Shown here in pieces: positions 54,609-63,710 of a stretch of 64,000 bases of DNA. The position numbers and the translations under genes are program-made. Location: NCBI GenBank assembly GCA_030615105.1, contig JAUWZV010000001.1, positions 1,399 to 65,398 of the forward strand, written 5' to 3'. The DNA comes from Desulfobacteraceae bacterium (GTDB lineage Bacteria; Desulfobacterota; DSM-4660; Desulfatiglandales; B25-G16). The notes under the pieces are model-generated. The model saw nothing but the letters and a program-made list of their open reading frames with translations, searched no databases and had not been told where the DNA came from. How positions within the stretch are numbered: position 1 is the stretch's first letter; the number at the start of each line of letters is the position of its first letter.

Positions 54609-55583
54609 ATGATAATTGAATGTGAGAGATGCCACACTAAATTTAACCTTGATGAAAATCTTCTGAAAGAAATCGGCTCAAAGGTTAGATGCTCCATCTG
54701 CAAACATGTATTTACTGCCTTTCCGCCCAAAGCAGAGCCTGAGATTGAGGAAGTCCCAATTAAGGAAACAGAAAAGACAATGATCTTAACCCCTGAAGAG
54801 ATTCAGGAAAAGCTTGGTCAGGAAGAGGAAGGGATAGAAGCAGTATCTTTTGAAGATTTAGCTGATTTAGAGGAAGGCCCTGTAGAGGTGGAGGGAGAGG
54901 AGAAGATAGATATCGATGAGGCAATAGATAGGGCAACAAAGCTTGAACAAGAAATTATAGCCCAAAAGGAATTGGAAAGCAAAGAAGAGATAGAAGAGGA
55001 AAAAGAGCCAGTTAAGCCCCGCCCGATTATTAAAAAAAGGCGAAGATCAAGATTATTGATCACAATTTTGATAATCATTCTTTTACTTGTTGGGGCTGTA
55101 GCTGCCTTGATTATGTTTAAACCAGATTTACTATCAGAATACATTCCTTTCCTTAAAAAACCCCTATCTAAAGAACAGGTCTTTGACATGGGAAACAAAA
55201 GACTATCCTTTAAAGATTTAAAGGGTTCTTTTGTTAATTCTGAAAAACTCGGCAAGCTCTTTGTGGTTACAGGTTTAGTAACAAATAATTACCCAGATAA
55301 AAGGAGTTTTATCAGGGTCAGATCCAATATCCTGGATCCCAAAGGTAAGGTAGTTAAAAGCAAAATTAACTATGCTGGAAACCCAATAATTGATAAGGAA
55401 CTGCAATCCCTGTCTATGGAAGAGATAAATAATCGGCTAATGAATAGATTCGGCAAAAATAAGATGAATACAAATATCCTTCCTAACTCTTCCATTCCTT
55501 TTATGATTATTTTTAGCGACTTACCTAAAGATATAAGCGAATTTACTGTAGAGGCGATAAGTTCTTCACCTGCTAAAAAGTAA
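54609..55583 (+). CDS. MJ0042-type zinc-ribbon protein with acidic linker, TM segment and DUF3426-like C-domain
   Basis: MIIECERCHTKFNLDENLL...VRCSICKHVF, then an E-rich region, then a TM segment (LLITILIIILLLVGAVAALIMF). Confidence 0.7.
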   Translation: MIIECERCHTKFNLDENLLKEIGSKVRCSICKHVFTAFPPKAEPEIEEVPIKETEKTMILTPEEIQEKLGQEEEGIEAVSFEDLADLEEGPVEVEGEEKIDIDEAIDRATKLEQEIIAQKELESKEEIEEEKEPVKPRPIIKKRRRSRLLITILIIILLLVGAVAALIMFKPDLLSEYIPFLKKPLSKEQVFDMGNKRLSFKDLKGSFVNSEKLGKLFVVTGLVTNNYPDKRSFIRVRSNILDPKGKVVKSKINYAGNPIIDKELQSLSMEEINNRLMNRFGKNKMNTNILPNSSIPFMIIFSDLPKDISEFTVEAISSSPAKK

Positions 55584-55713
55584 GCTGCCTAAAAAATCCT
55601 CATGTCTAAAATCGACAGATTTTTAGACACTCCAGTTCTCTTCCCCAGAGAGATTTATATTTTATTTAGAATCAAACAGAAAATATTATTAAGTAGATGA
55701 ATGTGCAAACAAG

Positions 55714-55923
55714 GTGATTTTACCCTATAGGATCGGCGGCCGAAGAATGGCCCAAGCGATTTTAAGACCAGCGGTTAGCGACTTTCTAGAGGCTGCCATC
55801 CATGACCACAGCTTTGAACTCAACATTGAGGAAATAATGGTCGGGAAGGACTCGCATCTCAATAACCTTACCTTGGTCGACTCTGGTATTAGGCAGGAAA
55901 AGGAGGCGGGATGCTTGATCTAA
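55714..55923 (+). pseudogene. possible RCK/TrkA-C domain gene fragment
   Basis: GGRRMAQAILRPAVSDFLE...[28 protein letters not shown] resembles the N/C-domain junction of TrkA-type proteins. It is only 69 codons long and overlaps the serS start. Confidence 0.35.
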
Positions 55924-57191
55924 AGTTTGTTCGGTCTAACCTTGATCTAATAAACGATATGCTCAAAGACAGGGGTTATGATCTTGATCTTTCCGGATTT
56001 CAGTCTCTGGATAAGAAGAGGCGATCTATCCTGACCAGTCTTGAAGAGCTCAGGTATAGGCGTAATAAAGTTTCTGACCAGATAGCGGTTATGAAAAAAA
56101 GTGGAGAAGATGTATCATCCCTTATCTCTGAGATGAAGGCTGTCTCCAAAGAGATAAAGGAGATTGAGGCTGAACTACCTGATATAATGGATCAGTTGAA
56201 TAGGCCTTTTATGCTTATCCCTAATATCCCACATGAATCAGTGGTTGTTGGTAAGGATGCCGATGATAATCCGGTTATTAGAAGGTGGGGAAAGATTAGG
56301 GACTTTGATTTTAACCCTCTTCCCCATTGGGAGATAGGAGAGAACCTCAATATCCTTGACTTTTCCCGGGCAGCCAAGATTGCAGGGAGTAGATTTTCTC
56401 TTCAGAGTGGTTTGGGTGCCAGATTAGAAAGGGTGCTGATCAATTTTATGCTCGACATTCATACCAATAATCATGGTTATACTGAAATCCTTCCCCCATT
56501 TCTTGTTAACTCCATTAGCATGACAGGAACAGGTCAATTACCAAAATTTAGAGAGGATCTGTTCAAGGTGGACGGTTGGGACCTTTTTCTCATTCCTACG
56601 GCAGAGGTACCGGTTACCAATATACACAGGGATGAAATCCTATCCTTTGATGAACTTCCCATCAAGTATGTCTCCTATACCCCATGTTTTAGGTCAGAGG
56701 CAGGCTCTTACGGTAAAGACACAAGAGGGCTTATCAGGCAACACCAATTTAATAAAGTGGAGCTGGTTAAATTCTGCTGCCCTGAAGATTCAGACCAGGA
56801 ATTGGAGTCCTTAACTACCGATGCGGAGGAGATTTTACAGCGTCTGGAGCTTCCCTACAGAGTAGTTTCACTATGTACAGGTGATCTTGGATTTTCTGCT
56901 GCTAAAACCTATGATATTGAGGTCTGGCTCCCGGGACAGCAACTATTTAGAGAGATATCCTCTTGCAGTAACTTTACAGACTTCCAGGCCAGAAGGGCAA
57001 ATATTCGCTTTAGAAGGAAAAAGGGGAGCGGTACAGAACTCGCCCACACCATTAACGGCTCAGGCCTGGCAGTTGGAAGAACTTTTGTGGCAATCTTGGA
57101 GAATTATCAGCAGCCTGATGGAACCGTGGTTATTCCAGAGGCACTAAGACCATACCTGAATGGGCTATCCGTTATTAAGAAGGAGGGTTGA
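55911..57191 (+). CDS. serS: serine--tRNA ligase
   Basis: [10 protein letters not shown] coiled-coil arm. Class II motifs [32 protein letters not shown]. Confidence 0.95.
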   Translation: MLDLKFVRSNLDLINDMLKDRGYDLDLSGFQSLDKKRRSILTSLEELRYRRNKVSDQIAVMKKSGEDVSSLISEMKAVSKEIKEIEAELPDIMDQLNRPFMLIPNIPHESVVVGKDADDNPVIRRWGKIRDFDFNPLPHWEIGENLNILDFSRAAKIAGSRFSLQSGLGARLERVLINFMLDIHTNNHGYTEILPPFLVNSISMTGTGQLPKFREDLFKVDGWDLFLIPTAEVPVTNIHRDEILSFDELPIKYVSYTPCFRSEAGSYGKDTRGLIRQHQFNKVELVKFCCPEDSDQELESLTTDAEEILQRLELPYRVVSLCTGDLGFSAAKTYDIEVWLPGQQLFREISSCSNFTDFQARRANIRFRRKKGSGTELAHTINGSGLAVGRTFVAILENYQQPDGTVVIPEALRPYLNGLSVIKKEG

Positions 57192-57225
57192 GGGGGAAAA
57201 ATTGAAACTGGATAAACGAAATAGG

Positions 57226-57536
57226 GAACATCCTCAATAAAGTGTGGAAAATGTAGGGTCGGCCCGCCCTGGCGCGACAATTCTGGGTATTTGATATCGG
57301 TATCATTATTTGTAGGGTATCAATACCAAATAACCAACTTTCAATAAGAGGTCTGGGCTAGGGGTTTTATACCCGCCCGCCTCGCCTGAGCGAGAGCGAT
57401 GGCGGGCAGGCCCGACCTTAAACAGGTAGCATATTAATAAGCCTAAGGCTTATAAAATGCCACCCTACATTTGTATGTTGGTTCAGGTTTTATAACATAC
57501 AATAAGTCCACAGGATATTGAGCAATTACGAAATAA
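57226..57536. repeat. composite repeat homologous to 40301-40565 (contains R2 module 57261-57364 and R1 palindrome 57372-57412)
   Basis: Shared scaffold: CTCAATAAAGTGTGGAAAATGTAGGGTCGGCC, GGGGTTTTATACCC, GACCTTAAA, CCACCCTACATTTGTATGTTGGTTCAG.TTTTATAACA.ACAATAAGTCCA. The interiors differ. Confidence 0.6.
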
Positions 57537-57590
57537 GCACAGCGAGCAAAAGGAAGTATACAGTATCAAGTTTCAAGAAGGGGACCGGCA

Positions 57591-58823
57591 ATGAGTGGAC
57601 TCGAAGAATTATACAGCAAAATTGAGAGCTACAGGTCTGAGATCATTGAGATGCAGAGAGAACTTACCTCACGGCCTGCCCTGAGTCCAGAAAATGGTGG
57701 AAGCGGAGAGCATGATAAGGCTGAATATATTAAAGAACAGCTTTTGCTCCTTAAACCGGATATTTTCCATGAAATTCATGCCCCGGATAAAAGGGCAGCC
57801 AATGGATACAGGCCCAATTTGGTGGCTACCTGGAAGGGAAGTAGGGAAGGAAGGGCTGTCTGGGTGCTCAGTCACCTGGATATAGTCCCTCCTGGTGATC
57901 TTTGTTTATGGAGCGGTGATCCATATAAGATGAGAGTGGAAGGGGATAAGATTATTGGCCGGGGTGTTGAGGATAACCAGCATGGCATAGTCAGTTCATA
58001 TCTTGCCGTGAAAGGAATTCTGGATTTAAAAAAGCCATTCTCCAGACAAGTTGGCCTTGTCTTAGTTGCTGATGAAGAGATAGGCAGTAAATATGGGCTG
58101 AAATACCTTTTAAAGAAAATGGGGGATCTCTTTAAAGAGGATGATCTGATTATTGTTCCTGACGGTGGAAACGAGGAAGGTACAATGATCGAGATCGCAG
58201 AAAAGTCAATGCTGTGGATAAAATTTACCATTATTGGCGCACAGTGTCATGCAAGTACACCAGAAAAAGGAAAGAATAGCCTCTTTGGTGTAGCTAAATT
58301 GATTTTGGAATTGGACAAATTAAAGGAGAGATTTGACTTCAAGAATCCTATCTTTAAACCACAGGAATCAACATTTGAGCCTACCAAGATAGAGGCAAAT
58401 GTCCCTAATGTAAACACCATTCCAGGGAGAGATATCTTTTATCTGGACTGCCGGATTTTACCAGATTATCAGGTAGATAAGATTATTGAAGAGATTACTG
58501 CCATAAGTAAAAGAATTGCCAGGGAACTCAATCTCAAGATAGATGTTGAGGTATTCCACAGGCAGGGTGAGGCACCCCCTACACCAACAGATTCCCCAGT
58601 GGTTGCTGCCCTTGCCAAGGCTATAAAGAAGGTAACCGGATTGACAGCTAAACCTATGGGTATTGGAGGTGGCACAGTTGCAGCATTTTTCAGGGAAGCA
58701 GGACTTCCGGCTGCAGTCTGGTGTACCACATCCCAAACAGCCCACCAGCCAGATGAATACTGCCTGATCAAAAACATCATCACCGATGCTAAAATCATGG
58801 CCACAGTCTTCCTATCTGAATGA
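57591..58823 (+). CDS. M20-family metallopeptidase (ArgE/DapE/ACY1 type)
   Basis: LSHLDIVPPGD, VADEEIGS and the dimerisation-domain pattern. 410 aa. Confidence 0.8.
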   Translation: MSGLEELYSKIESYRSEIIEMQRELTSRPALSPENGGSGEHDKAEYIKEQLLLLKPDIFHEIHAPDKRAANGYRPNLVATWKGSREGRAVWVLSHLDIVPPGDLCLWSGDPYKMRVEGDKIIGRGVEDNQHGIVSSYLAVKGILDLKKPFSRQVGLVLVADEEIGSKYGLKYLLKKMGDLFKEDDLIIVPDGGNEEGTMIEIAEKSMLWIKFTIIGAQCHASTPEKGKNSLFGVAKLILELDKLKERFDFKNPIFKPQESTFEPTKIEANVPNVNTIPGRDIFYLDCRILPDYQVDKIIEEITAISKRIARELNLKIDVEVFHRQGEAPPTPTDSPVVAALAKAIKKVTGLTAKPMGIGGGTVAAFFREAGLPAAVWCTTSQTAHQPDEYCLIKNIITDAKIMATVFLSE

Positions 58824-58840
58824 TTGTATTAATTCTGGCA

Positions 58841-58880
58841 AAAAAGCCCTGGAAACTTTTTGTAGTTCCAGGGCTTTTTA
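58841..58880. terminator. bidirectional intrinsic terminator between convergent genes
   Basis: AAAAAGCCCTGGAAAC-tttttgta-GTTCCAGGGCTTTTTA, with an A-run and a T-run flanking the stem. Confidence 0.65.
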
Positions 58881-58893
58881 TTGAATCACAAAA

Positions 58894-60288
58894 TTAGAGT
58901 ACTGGCAAAATCAAAAAGGCTATAGATGTAATTACAAAATAGACAACAAATACCAGTAGAAGCCAACCCATGATCTCCCTGAACTCAAGCTTGGCAACAG
59001 CAAGCATAGCAATCGCCCAGAAGGGTTGAATCATATCAGTCATCATATCTCCCCAGCCATAGGCTATAACTACCTTATTAGCAGCTACTCCTAACTCTTT
59101 GGCAGCCGGCAGCAGATAAGGGGCAGTGATCGCCCATTCTGAACCACCTGAAGGAATAAGGTAGTTTAAAAGACCGGCATACCAGTATACGACCAGCAAA
59201 AAGGTACTGCCACTACACACAGCTACAAAGGCACTGGTAAAAGCGGTTGCCAGGGCAGTATATTTAAACAGACCAAAGATGCCGGCGTAAAAAGGAAACT
59301 GGATTACAATCCCCCAGACTGCTCTCCCTGCCTCTTCAGTTGCCTTGAGAAAGCTCCAGGGTCTCCAGTGAAATATGACACAATGCATCAGAAAGAAGAG
59401 ATTGATATTATTCAAATTTATAGCTTTGGCAAATCCGATCTCGCCAATTGTTTTACCGAGCCACCAAAAACCGGCTATAGCCATAATGAAATTCCATCCC
59501 GGCCACCAGTTTAACCATGCTGATGGGCTGAGCTTGCCAGTCGGCCTCTCTGGAGACTCGTATATCTTTAATTGATTCATCAATTCAGGCTTGACCTTAT
59601 AGGTCTTTTCCTCTGAGGGATGCATCAGGGACATCAGGACGGTAACAACAACGATTATGATTATTAGCAAAATGATATTAAATGGGGTGAAGATAGTCTG
59701 AGATGTTGAAATAGTATCTGTCAGGTAGCCGCTCTTTATCAGAAAGTTTCCAGGTGTGTTTACCAGCAGGGGTGCTGATGCGGATAAACCAGCATGCCAG
59801 GTACAGCCAAGTCCAAGGTAGGCCCCTGCAACAAGCAGCCTGTAGTCTACCTTAGGATTATTTTTGACCATAAATAAGGCCAACATGGCACTTCCAATCA
59901 GGCTCAGGCCCCAGTTAAACCAGGCTATAATCATGGAAAATAGGGCCATAACCATAATGGCTTGCCATGGCTTTTCTGTGTTAGGGAGACTAGAGAGGCC
60001 ATTTAGCAGCCTTTTTAAAGGCGGTGAACAGGCTAAGATGTAGCCGGTCATCATAATCAGGCACATCTGCATGCCAAATTTGAGTAAGATCCAAAATCCC
60101 TTGCCCCAGGCGTGAACAGCCTTTACTGGCCCCACATCTCCCCATATAAATGCAAAGATAAAGGTTATAACTGTAAGGATCCACACAATAACTATGGCAT
60201 CGGGAATCCACTTTTCAGTCCAATTGGTTAACCCTCCGCCCCAGTCCTTTAAAAACTCAAGGCTTGATCTTTCGCTTTTTTCGGCCAT
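58894..60288 (-). CDS. short-chain fatty acid transporter (AtoE/TIGR00366-like)
   Basis: A 464-aa polytopic membrane protein. The N-terminal EKWIPDAIVIVWILTVITF pattern is typical of AtoE homologs, recalled from memory. Confidence 0.7.
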   Translation of the reverse strand: MAEKSERSSLEFLKDWGGGLTNWTEKWIPDAIVIVWILTVITFIFAFIWGDVGPVKAVHAWGKGFWILLKFGMQMCLIMMTGYILACSPPLKRLLNGLSSLPNTEKPWQAIMVMALFSMIIAWFNWGLSLIGSAMLALFMVKNNPKVDYRLLVAGAYLGLGCTWHAGLSASAPLLVNTPGNFLIKSGYLTDTISTSQTIFTPFNIILLIIIIVVVTVLMSLMHPSEEKTYKVKPELMNQLKIYESPERPTGKLSPSAWLNWWPGWNFIMAIAGFWWLGKTIGEIGFAKAINLNNINLFFLMHCVIFHWRPWSFLKATEEAGRAVWGIVIQFPFYAGIFGLFKYTALATAFTSAFVAVCSGSTFLLVVYWYAGLLNYLIPSGGSEWAITAPYLLPAAKELGVAANKVVIAYGWGDMMTDMIQPFWAIAMLAVAKLEFREIMGWLLLVFVVYFVITSIAFLILPVL

Positions 60289-60576
60289 GGTAATTACCCC
60301 CCTCTTTTATATTATTACCTGATTATGCCTATCCTTAAATTCCTATCAGTATTTTTTATCACCCCCTTTTCCAGAACTTTTGTTAGTATAGAATATTGAA
60401 AAGAAAAATCAAGCATATTTACTGCTCTTAAGTTTTTATCAAGGCCCAAAAGATAGTTAAAATTATTATATGAGTTATCATAACCTATCAATCTTAATAT
60501 CATGTTTCAATTTTCCTTTTGATTTCTTGACAGATAGAATATAAAAAAGAACATATTCTAAATCACAGAGGTTTTG

Positions 60577-61416
60577 ATGAACAATACTATAAAAATTGCC
60601 TTGGCCCAGATATCTCCTTCCTCTGGTGGAATTAGTCATAATTTAGACAAGGCCAAAGAGTTTATGAGGAAGGCATACATAGAGAGAGCCAATCTTATAA
60701 TCTTCCCTGAGATGTACCTATCAGGTTATACAGTGATAGGAAATTATAACAGTAAAGATTTTCAAAACATAGCTATAAATATTGATGATTCTCCAATAAT
60801 TGAATTGATTCAATTATGCTCAAAATTAGATGTACATTTGATTATTGGACTTCCCTTGAGGGATTCCGTGTCAAATAATGTAATTTATAATGCTGCTATA
60901 TTTTTGGGGCCTGATGGAGTGATAGGGATTCACAAAAAAATAACATTGCCCAATGGTAATTATCGGCGGGAGAGATTTTACGAGGGAGAATATTTTAAAC
61001 CTGGAGATCATCTCTCTGTATTTAAGACCTCCATGGGTATTTTCGGTATCTTTATCTGCTATGAACTTTTTATGCCGGAGATTCCGAGGCAACTGGCAGT
61101 TCAAGGGGCAGAATATCTTGTTTGTCTTGCTGCCGGGCCTGCATCACAAAAGAAGGGCTTTGATATGTTTCTTCCTGTCAGGGCAATAGAAAACAGTGCT
61201 TATCTAATCTTTTGTAACCTGCCACAAGAGGGAGAGAAGAGCTTTTTCGGTAGTTCAAGGATTATAATGCCAAATGGAAGGATACTTCATCAGGCAAAGA
61301 TGGGGGAAGAAGATTGGATAATAGGTGAACTGGATCAAAAGGAGGTAGAAAGAGCGAGATTATATTATCCAAATCTTAAAGACAGAAAAGCATTGGAAAT
61401 GGTTACATTTGAATGA
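60577..61416 (+). CDS. carbon-nitrogen hydrolase (nitrilase superfamily)
   Basis: IIFPEM (Glu), HKKITLP (Lys), IFICYELFMPE (Cys). The track start TTG 60574 is adjacent to ATG 60577. Confidence 0.8.
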   Translation: MNNTIKIALAQISPSSGGISHNLDKAKEFMRKAYIERANLIIFPEMYLSGYTVIGNYNSKDFQNIAINIDDSPIIELIQLCSKLDVHLIIGLPLRDSVSNNVIYNAAIFLGPDGVIGIHKKITLPNGNYRRERFYEGEYFKPGDHLSVFKTSMGIFGIFICYELFMPEIPRQLAVQGAEYLVCLAAGPASQKKGFDMFLPVRAIENSAYLIFCNLPQEGEKSFFGSSRIIMPNGRILHQAKMGEEDWIIGELDQKEVERARLYYPNLKDRKALEMVTFE

Positions 61417-61485
61417 TGATTAAAGATGGTAATGTTAATATTGGGTTCCTATAGTGAATGACTTAAATAATTTGACATTCAATAG

Positions 61486-61600
61486 CCTGCCCGCCATGCA
61501 AGCAAGGCGAGGCGGGCGGGCCTGTCATTGCGAGCGCAGCGAAGCAATCTCATGGGATTGCTTCGTCATCCCGAAAGCCTTCGGGATTCCTCACAATGAC
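61486..61600. repeat. R1 palindrome (reverse) followed by a three-hairpin GTCATTGCGAG...CTCACAATGAC element
   Basis: GCCTGCCCGCCATGCAAGCAAGGCGAGGCGGGCGGGCC, then GTCATTGCGAGCGCAGCGAAGCAATCtcatgGGATTGCTTCGTCATCCCGAAagccTTCGGGATTCCTCACAATGAC. Confidence 0.6.
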
Positions 61601-61646
61601 TACTTTCTTTTGTCATTCACTATAATCTAAGGTTTAGAGTTTAGCG

Positions 61647-62405
61647 ATGGTAGAGATAACGTGCCCGCAATGTAATTATACAAAAAGCGTTCCTCTTGAA
61701 AGGATACCTTCAGGGATAAGATGGGTAAGATGCCCAAGTTGCGGAAATAGGTTTGAATATCTGAAGAAGGAAGAAGATGTAAAAGCTGAGAAGAGACATG
61801 CCACACCATGGGAAAGACGTTTACAGCTCGGGCTGTGGAAAGGCATAAAGCAAACAATTAGATCTACAATCTTTTCACCCAAGAAAATATTTTCCTATAT
61901 GCCTGTCAGGGCTGGATTGAGAGAGCCTTTGGCATTCGGACTATTGATAGGCTCTATCAGCAGCATGTTTTCCTTTTTCTGGGAATTTATGATCGCTACC
62001 AGTGGATTTCTCAAACCTTTGGAGGGTATTTCTATATCATTTGGCTTACCTATTATATTCTTGTCCCTTATCTTCCTTTCACCCTTATTAGTAACAATTG
62101 ATATCTTTATCTCAAGCTTTATCATCCATCTTTTGCTCCTTCTGGTAAAAGGTGGGAAAAACAGATTTGAGGCTACCTTCAGGGTGGTGGCCTATTCTCA
62201 GGCTACCAGGATTTGGTCCATATTACCATTTATAGGCAGTCTAATAGGATGGGTCTGGAGAAGTATTATTCAGATTATCGGGCTTAAAGAGGCCCACGAG
62301 ACAACTTATTTAAAGATATTTGTTGCCTTCTCTATCCCAATAGGGTTGCTACTTCTTATTGCAGTTGGTGCGTTTTTCTTCATTATAAGGACTATAAGTC
62401 TCTGA
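61647..62405 (+). CDS. zinc-ribbon + Yip1-domain membrane protein
   Basis: MVEITCPQCNY...VRCPSCGNRF (MJ0042-type ribbon) followed by about 5 TM segments. Confidence 0.65.
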   Translation: MVEITCPQCNYTKSVPLERIPSGIRWVRCPSCGNRFEYLKKEEDVKAEKRHATPWERRLQLGLWKGIKQTIRSTIFSPKKIFSYMPVRAGLREPLAFGLLIGSISSMFSFFWEFMIATSGFLKPLEGISISFGLPIIFLSLIFLSPLLVTIDIFISSFIIHLLLLLVKGGKNRFEATFRVVAYSQATRIWSILPFIGSLIGWVWRSIIQIIGLKEAHETTYLKIFVAFSIPIGLLLLIAVGAFFFIIRTISL

Positions 62406-62474
62406 AACGGTGAATCTATACTTTTATCTTTATACTCTCATTCCCATTATAGCATGCAAGATTGCTGAACTTCC

Positions 62475-62868
62475 CTATCCTCCGACTGTGCCGATGTTAA
62501 GGGCGTACTGAAGGAATAGGTAAACCAGATAGACACCCAAGAGCCAAGCTCCTTGCCACCTCCTGAACCAGCCGTCCCTGTTGATGAAGATGAAGAACCG
62601 GAACGGGTAAAGGATGAGGCTCATGGCCGGGAAGTGGAAATTGTAAAAGTTAGGGGGAACCGCCAGAGGCTTGACAGCAGCAGCAGCGCCAATGACAAAA
62701 AGACAGTTCAGAACGTCCGCGCCCACAACATTGCCTACCATAATTTCTGGATGCTTTTTCCGGACAGCGGCAATAGCCGTCATGAGTTCGGGCAGAGAGA
62801 TACCAAAGGCAACGATAGTGGCGGCGATGCCAAGACGGCCAGACTGATTGTTGAAAATAAAACCTACC
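62475..62868 (-). pseudogene. N-terminally truncated CaCA (Na+/Ca2+ exchanger, YrbG-like) gene
   Basis: The alpha-2 repeat LGIAATIVAFGISLPELMTAIAAVRKKHPEIMVGNVVGADVLN extends upstream of the track ORF (62475..62783) to an in-frame TAG at 62869-62871. Only about 130 of the expected ~320 codons are present. Confidence 0.6.
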
Positions 62869-62984
62869 TAAGCCATTGGAATGGCGATCTTTTTACATAA
62901 ATGATCTTCCAATTTTGATGGACTTTTGCGAAGAGGTCCAGGAAGTCTCAATTCAGAATCACCCCGGGCCCAGACCCGGAATGT

Positions 62985-63296
62985 AAGTGGACAGAAGCAG
63001 CTCTGGCACAAAAATTAGGGGTAATACAGCAAACGCTCAATTCCTGGATCTCAGATATTAGAGAGCGCCAAAGGGCCAACCGAAACATTATTATTATCCG
63101 CTTAAGCCGCCTTGCCTGTCCGCCGTCTTTTTGGAGGGGCTGGACCCAGGAGCAGATCGCGGAAACAACCAGGGTAACACGAGGAAGAGTAGTGCGAATT
63201 GTTAATAATACCAATTTTGGTGAAATTAACACTTTGCTCTCCCAAGGCCGGGACATGGATTACATCGCCAGGCATTATCACATGGACCTTGTCGTG
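62985..63296 (+). pseudogene. start-less fragment of an HTH-repeat protein (ParB/DNA-methylase-associated type)
   Basis: KWTEAALAQKLGVIQQTLNSWISDIRERQ...GWTQEQIAETTRVTRGRVVRIVNNTNFGEINTLLSQGRDMDYIARHYHMDL. There is no start codon in frame. It is cut at 63297 by an R1 palindrome. Confidence 0.35.
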
Positions 63297-63339
63297 ACCC
63301 GCCCGCCTCGCCTGAGGCGATGCCGATGGCGGGCAGGCC
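63297..63339. repeat. R1 GC-rich palindrome
   Basis: ACCCGCCCGCCTCGCCTGAGGCGATGCCGATGGCGGGCAGGCC. Other copies lie at 43415-43455, 57372-57412 and 61486-61522. Confidence 0.7.
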
Positions 63340-63383
63340 TGGGCTTTAAGATTAGAAGGTAAAAGCGACCGGAAAAGTTTTAA

Positions 63384-63594
63384 ATGTTTGGGTTGGGGAT
63401 CACGGAATCGGAGCTGAGGTTGGCAGGCAGTAGCAAGAAGGTATCCAGGCCACGGAGGTTGTTCTGTCAACTGGCTGTGGGGGGAGATGGGGTATCCCGG
63501 AGCGAAAGTTGCACGTTTCCCTGGTGTGACTACTTCAGCTGTCAACCGTTCAGCGAATTCTGAGGAAATACCAAAACTTAACCGTTATCTATAA
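63384..63594 (+). pseudogene. frameshifted C-terminal fragment resembling the HTH tail of IS200/RayT-like (REP-associated) transposases
   Basis: MFGLGITESELRLAGSSKKVSRPRRLFCQLAV, then a G6 run (63479-63484), then in the +1 frame EMGYPGAKVARFPGVTTSAVNRSANSEEIPKLNRYL. The family assignment is from memory only. Confidence 0.3.
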
Positions 63595-63710
63595 GTTGTT
63601 TCAGAACCAACGTCCCCCTTTTTTTATCTACCTTTGTGAAATGCGGTTAATGACCGTAAGCTCGAAGCGTGCTAAAATAACGCACCACAGTGGTGCTACT
63701 CCATGCTACA

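Noticed and set aside
40116-57364. R2 modules as integron attC sites (conserved complementary ends, variable centre, ~100 bp)
   Set aside because: No GTTRRRY/RYYYAAC core sites, no intI gene, and no cassette ORFs between the modules.
60535-60560. Palindrome TAGAATAT-N10-ATATTCTA after a TTGACA box upstream of the C-N hydrolase gene
   Set aside because: It is plausibly an operator, but the -10 element is poor. An 8-bp AT-rich palindrome is weak evidence on its own.
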